From: Myxococcota bacterium
GTDB lineage: Bacteria > Myxococcota_A > UBA9160 > UBA6930
Assembly (NCBI GenBank): GCA_028285625.1
Contig: JANQOX010000025.1
Coordinates: forward strand, 206,461 to 270,460
DNA: 64,000 bases
Reading direction: 5' to 3'
Shown one piece after another: positions 62,463-64,000 of this stretch (its first letter is position 1; each line of letters begins with the position of its first letter). Under the pieces are notes generated by a model. It saw only the letters and a program-made list of their open reading frames with translations. It was not told the origin of the DNA and did not search any database. Position numbers and translations under genes: made by a program.

Positions 62463-62480
62463 TCACGGGTGGATCGGCCC

Positions 62481-63356
62481 TCAGTCGCGTCGGCTCCGGA
62501 GCCACACGACCGCCAGCGCTGCGAGGCCGAAGCCCAGCGCGGGCTCGGGCACTGCAGCGCCCGTGGCGGCGCTCGACACGACCACCGCGTCCAGCTCGAA
62601 ATTGAGCGACGTGCCCGCGTTGCCATCGTCGGCCACGCTGAATCGCACGTAGGCAACCTGGCTGAGGCCCGTGCCCGACAGGTCGAGCCAGGTCCCGCCG
62701 CCCGAGCCACCGAACGCCGCGACCGTCGAGGCGTAGTCGAGGCCGTCGAATGTGCCGAGGCTGCCCGAGCCCAGGAACGGCAAGCCGAAGTCGGCGCCCA
62801 CCGCCCCAGCCGGCTTCGAGGTGTCGAAGGGACCCGCGTTCAGCCAGAAGATGGACGGCAGGTCGAAAAGGATCGGCGCGCCTCCGTTGAGGGCCACGAA
62901 GGTCTGGCCGTCCTCGCTCACCTCCACCACGGCGGAGTCGAGCCCGAAGGCGAAGGCGGGGCTGAAGTTCTGGCCCGTGGGAAACGACGCGTCGGCGAGT
63001 CCCACGTTCGCCACCACGCCCAGCTCGAGCCCGGCGCCCACCACCGCGAAGTCGCGGAGCTGGATCGTGAGGTGGCCGCCCTCGCCGATGGACACCAGCT
63101 CGTCGGCCTCGAACCCGGGGTTGAAGGGCGACAGGACATTGTCGAAGCCCGCGTCCTCACCCACGATCCCACTCGGCAGCCGCTTCGCCGAATCGGGGTT
63201 GGTGAGTCCGGCCGCTGCCGTCGTCCCCGGGTCGTAGCTCACGACCCGCTTGCCGAAGGACAGCGCGTTCGCATTGCCCCCAATCAGCAGCCCGGCGGCC
63301 GCCATCGTCCAAACCAACGCCTGCGCGCAATTCACCCGTCGCAATAGCCTGTGCAT
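62481..63356 (-). CDS. PEP-CTERM sorting-signal surface protein (first gene after the cobalamin riboswitch)
   Basis: Signal peptide MHRLLRRVNCAQALVWTMAAAGLLIGGNANA. Canonical C-terminus AAVPEPALGFGLAALAVVWLRSRRD. The central region is beta-rich with no domain I can name. Confidence 0.85.
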   Translation of the reverse strand: MHRLLRRVNCAQALVWTMAAAGLLIGGNANALSFGKRVVSYDPGTTAAAGLTNPDSAKRLPSGIVGEDAGFDNVLSPFNPGFEADELVSIGEGGHLTIQLRDFAVVGAGLELGVVANVGLADASFPTGQNFSPAFAFGLDSAVVEVSEDGQTFVALNGGAPILFDLPSIFWLNAGPFDTSKPAGAVGADFGLPFLGSGSLGTFDGLDYASTVAAFGGSGGGTWLDLSGTGLSQVAYVRFSVADDGNAGTSLNFELDAVVVSSAATGAAVPEPALGFGLAALAVVWLRSRRD

Positions 63357-63501
63357 CGTGTTCCCCGACGGGACCGGGCCTGCATAGCGAAACGACGGCC
63401 GTGTAACGGTCGCCATCTGCATCATCCACGGGCCGCGGCCCTGTCTTTCTCGTTCAGATAGTGAAGAGGCTTCCCTTTACGCGAGGGGGCCGCCTCGATT
63501 C

Positions 63502-63696
63502 GGTAGGCAGGTCTTCTGGCTTACGACGGTCGGGACGGACCTTCCCGGTTCACAGGCCGAGTCCAGTGGTCCTACGATGTCCCTCCCCCGGCCCGTGGGC
63601 CGGCGAAGACTCCGGTTCCTCCAAGGAGAATCGGTGTCCGGTCGCACACAGCGGCGCGTCCACGGCGGATTCTCACCGCCTTCCCTGACACCTACC
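63502..63696 (-). promoter_or_regulatory. Cobalamin (AdoCbl-type) riboswitch aptamer
   Basis: The minus strand reads GGTAGG(P1)-TGTC-AGGGAAG-GCGGTGAGAATCCGCC-GTGGACGCGCCGCTGT ... GACCACTGG...CCGGGAAGGTC ... AAGCCAGAAGACCTGCC-TACC(P1'). All conserved core blocks and the B12 box are present. It lies 145 nt upstream of the ATG at 63356. Confidence 0.88.
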
Positions 63697-63703
63697 GCGC
63701 GAC

Positions 63704-63732
63704 AGGAAATCACACGGCCTGCAAACCGTCAA
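63704..63732 (-). promoter_or_regulatory. Candidate sigma-70 promoter for the riboswitch leader
   Basis: The minus strand has TTGACG (-35, 63732-63727), a 17-nt spacer and TTTCCT (weak -10, 63709-63704). This would place the TSS at about the P1 5' end. Confidence 0.3.
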
Positions 63733-63766
63733 CGCTGAGCGGCCGCTGCAGGGGATGTCGCGCCGA

Positions 63767-64000
63767 CTAGCTGCCCGCGAGCACGCCGTCGAGCGCCTCG
63801 CGAAGTCGCTCGACGCTGGCCGCGCGGGCGTTGTGCCCCATCAGCCCGATCCGCCAGATCTGGCCTGCCAGCTTGCCGAGGCCCCCACCCACTTCGATGC
63901 CGTGGTCGTCGAGCAGGCGCCGCCGGACGTCGGCCTCGCCGACCCGGCCGACGGTGTCGGGGAGGCGGAGCGTCGTGAGGGGAGGCAGGCGAACCGCCGC
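63767..64000 (-). CDS. Class V aminotransferase (serine-pyruvate / alanine-glyoxylate type), C-terminal fragment; 5' end outside window
   Basis: Hand translation of the minus strand ends ...DDHGIEVGGGLGKLAGQIWRIGLMGHNARAASVERLREALDGVLAGS*, the typical AGXT-family C-terminus (G.GLG.L.G...RIGLMG). Confidence 0.75.
   Translation of the reverse strand, partial: AAVRLPPLTTLRLPDTVGRVGEADVRRRLLDDHGIEVGGGLGKLAGQIWRIGLMGHNARAASVERLREALDGVLAGS

Noticed and set aside
63357-63425. Upstream start (MMQMATVTRPSF...) for the PEP-CTERM gene as given in the ORF track.
   Set aside because: The extra 23 residues precede a complete signal peptide that begins at MHRLLRR (63356). The upstream ATGs sit inside the riboswitch expression platform. 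This remains only a possibility.
63715-63735. CTGCAAACCG string reminiscent of the GEMM-I (c-di-GMP) riboswitch GGCAAACC core.
   Set aside because: No second conserved GEMM block (ACGCAAAGC) and no pairing partners nearby. The region is better explained as the promoter of the cobalamin leader on the opposite strand.
1-64000. CRISPR arrays, rRNA genes, intact IS elements, long direct repeats.
   Set aside because: No regularly spaced short repeats, no 16S/23S/5S signatures and no transposase-length ORF with DDE or HUH motifs were seen on either strand.

Overview
High-GC (about 70% by eye, not computed) Gram-negative chromosomal segment. Long Arg/Pro/Ala-rich shadow ORFs are pervasive. About 70 genes can be supported after trimming ORF-track starts to signal peptides, SD sequences and stop/start overlaps. 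The motif inventory points to a Myxococcota-like organism (inference only): DUF4388/J-domain protein, PEP-CTERM and Cys-type C-terminal sorting tails, sigma-54 promoters and many lipoproteins.

Layout, left to right:
- 1-7.9 kb: S9 peptidase fragment, a tandem two-pore K+ channel, and two M48 lipoprotein peptidases flanking a two-domain PPK2.
- 7.9-11.5 kb: a sigma-54-type promoter in front of REC-HD-GYP, V4R-STAS and DUF4388-J-TPR genes.
- 11.9-17 kb: rfbB, an AAA+ ATPase, a HhH-GPD glycosylase, GGCT and lipoproteins.
- 17.06 kb: tRNA-Glu(UUC), followed by a lower-GC islet with three PEP-CTERM-type proteins.
- 20.9-29.5 kb: DUF3108, REC-GGDEF-EAL, a eukaryote-type DEGS sphingolipid desaturase plus an EEP lipoprotein, and NhaA coupled to an EF-hand protein.
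- 29.7-35.4 kb: two GT-C glycosyltransferases, and amtB with a perfect sigma-54 promoter and no glnK.
- 35.8-47.7 kb: two long minus-strand operons, one containing a SRPBCC-Rieske fusion.
- 47.8-49.4 kb: miaE and a membrane sensor with a Cys4 C-terminal tail.
- 49.5-63.4 kb: a complete Tad/Flp pilus locus chained by 4-nt stop/start overlaps to upstream genes for Ca-binding secreted proteins.

The most unusual signal is at 63502-63696 (minus strand). It is a textbook cobalamin riboswitch aptamer sitting directly in front of a PEP-CTERM surface-protein gene at the head of that adhesin/Tad string, not in front of any known B12 transport, biosynthesis or isozyme gene. No CRISPR array, rRNA, integrase or intact IS element was seen.
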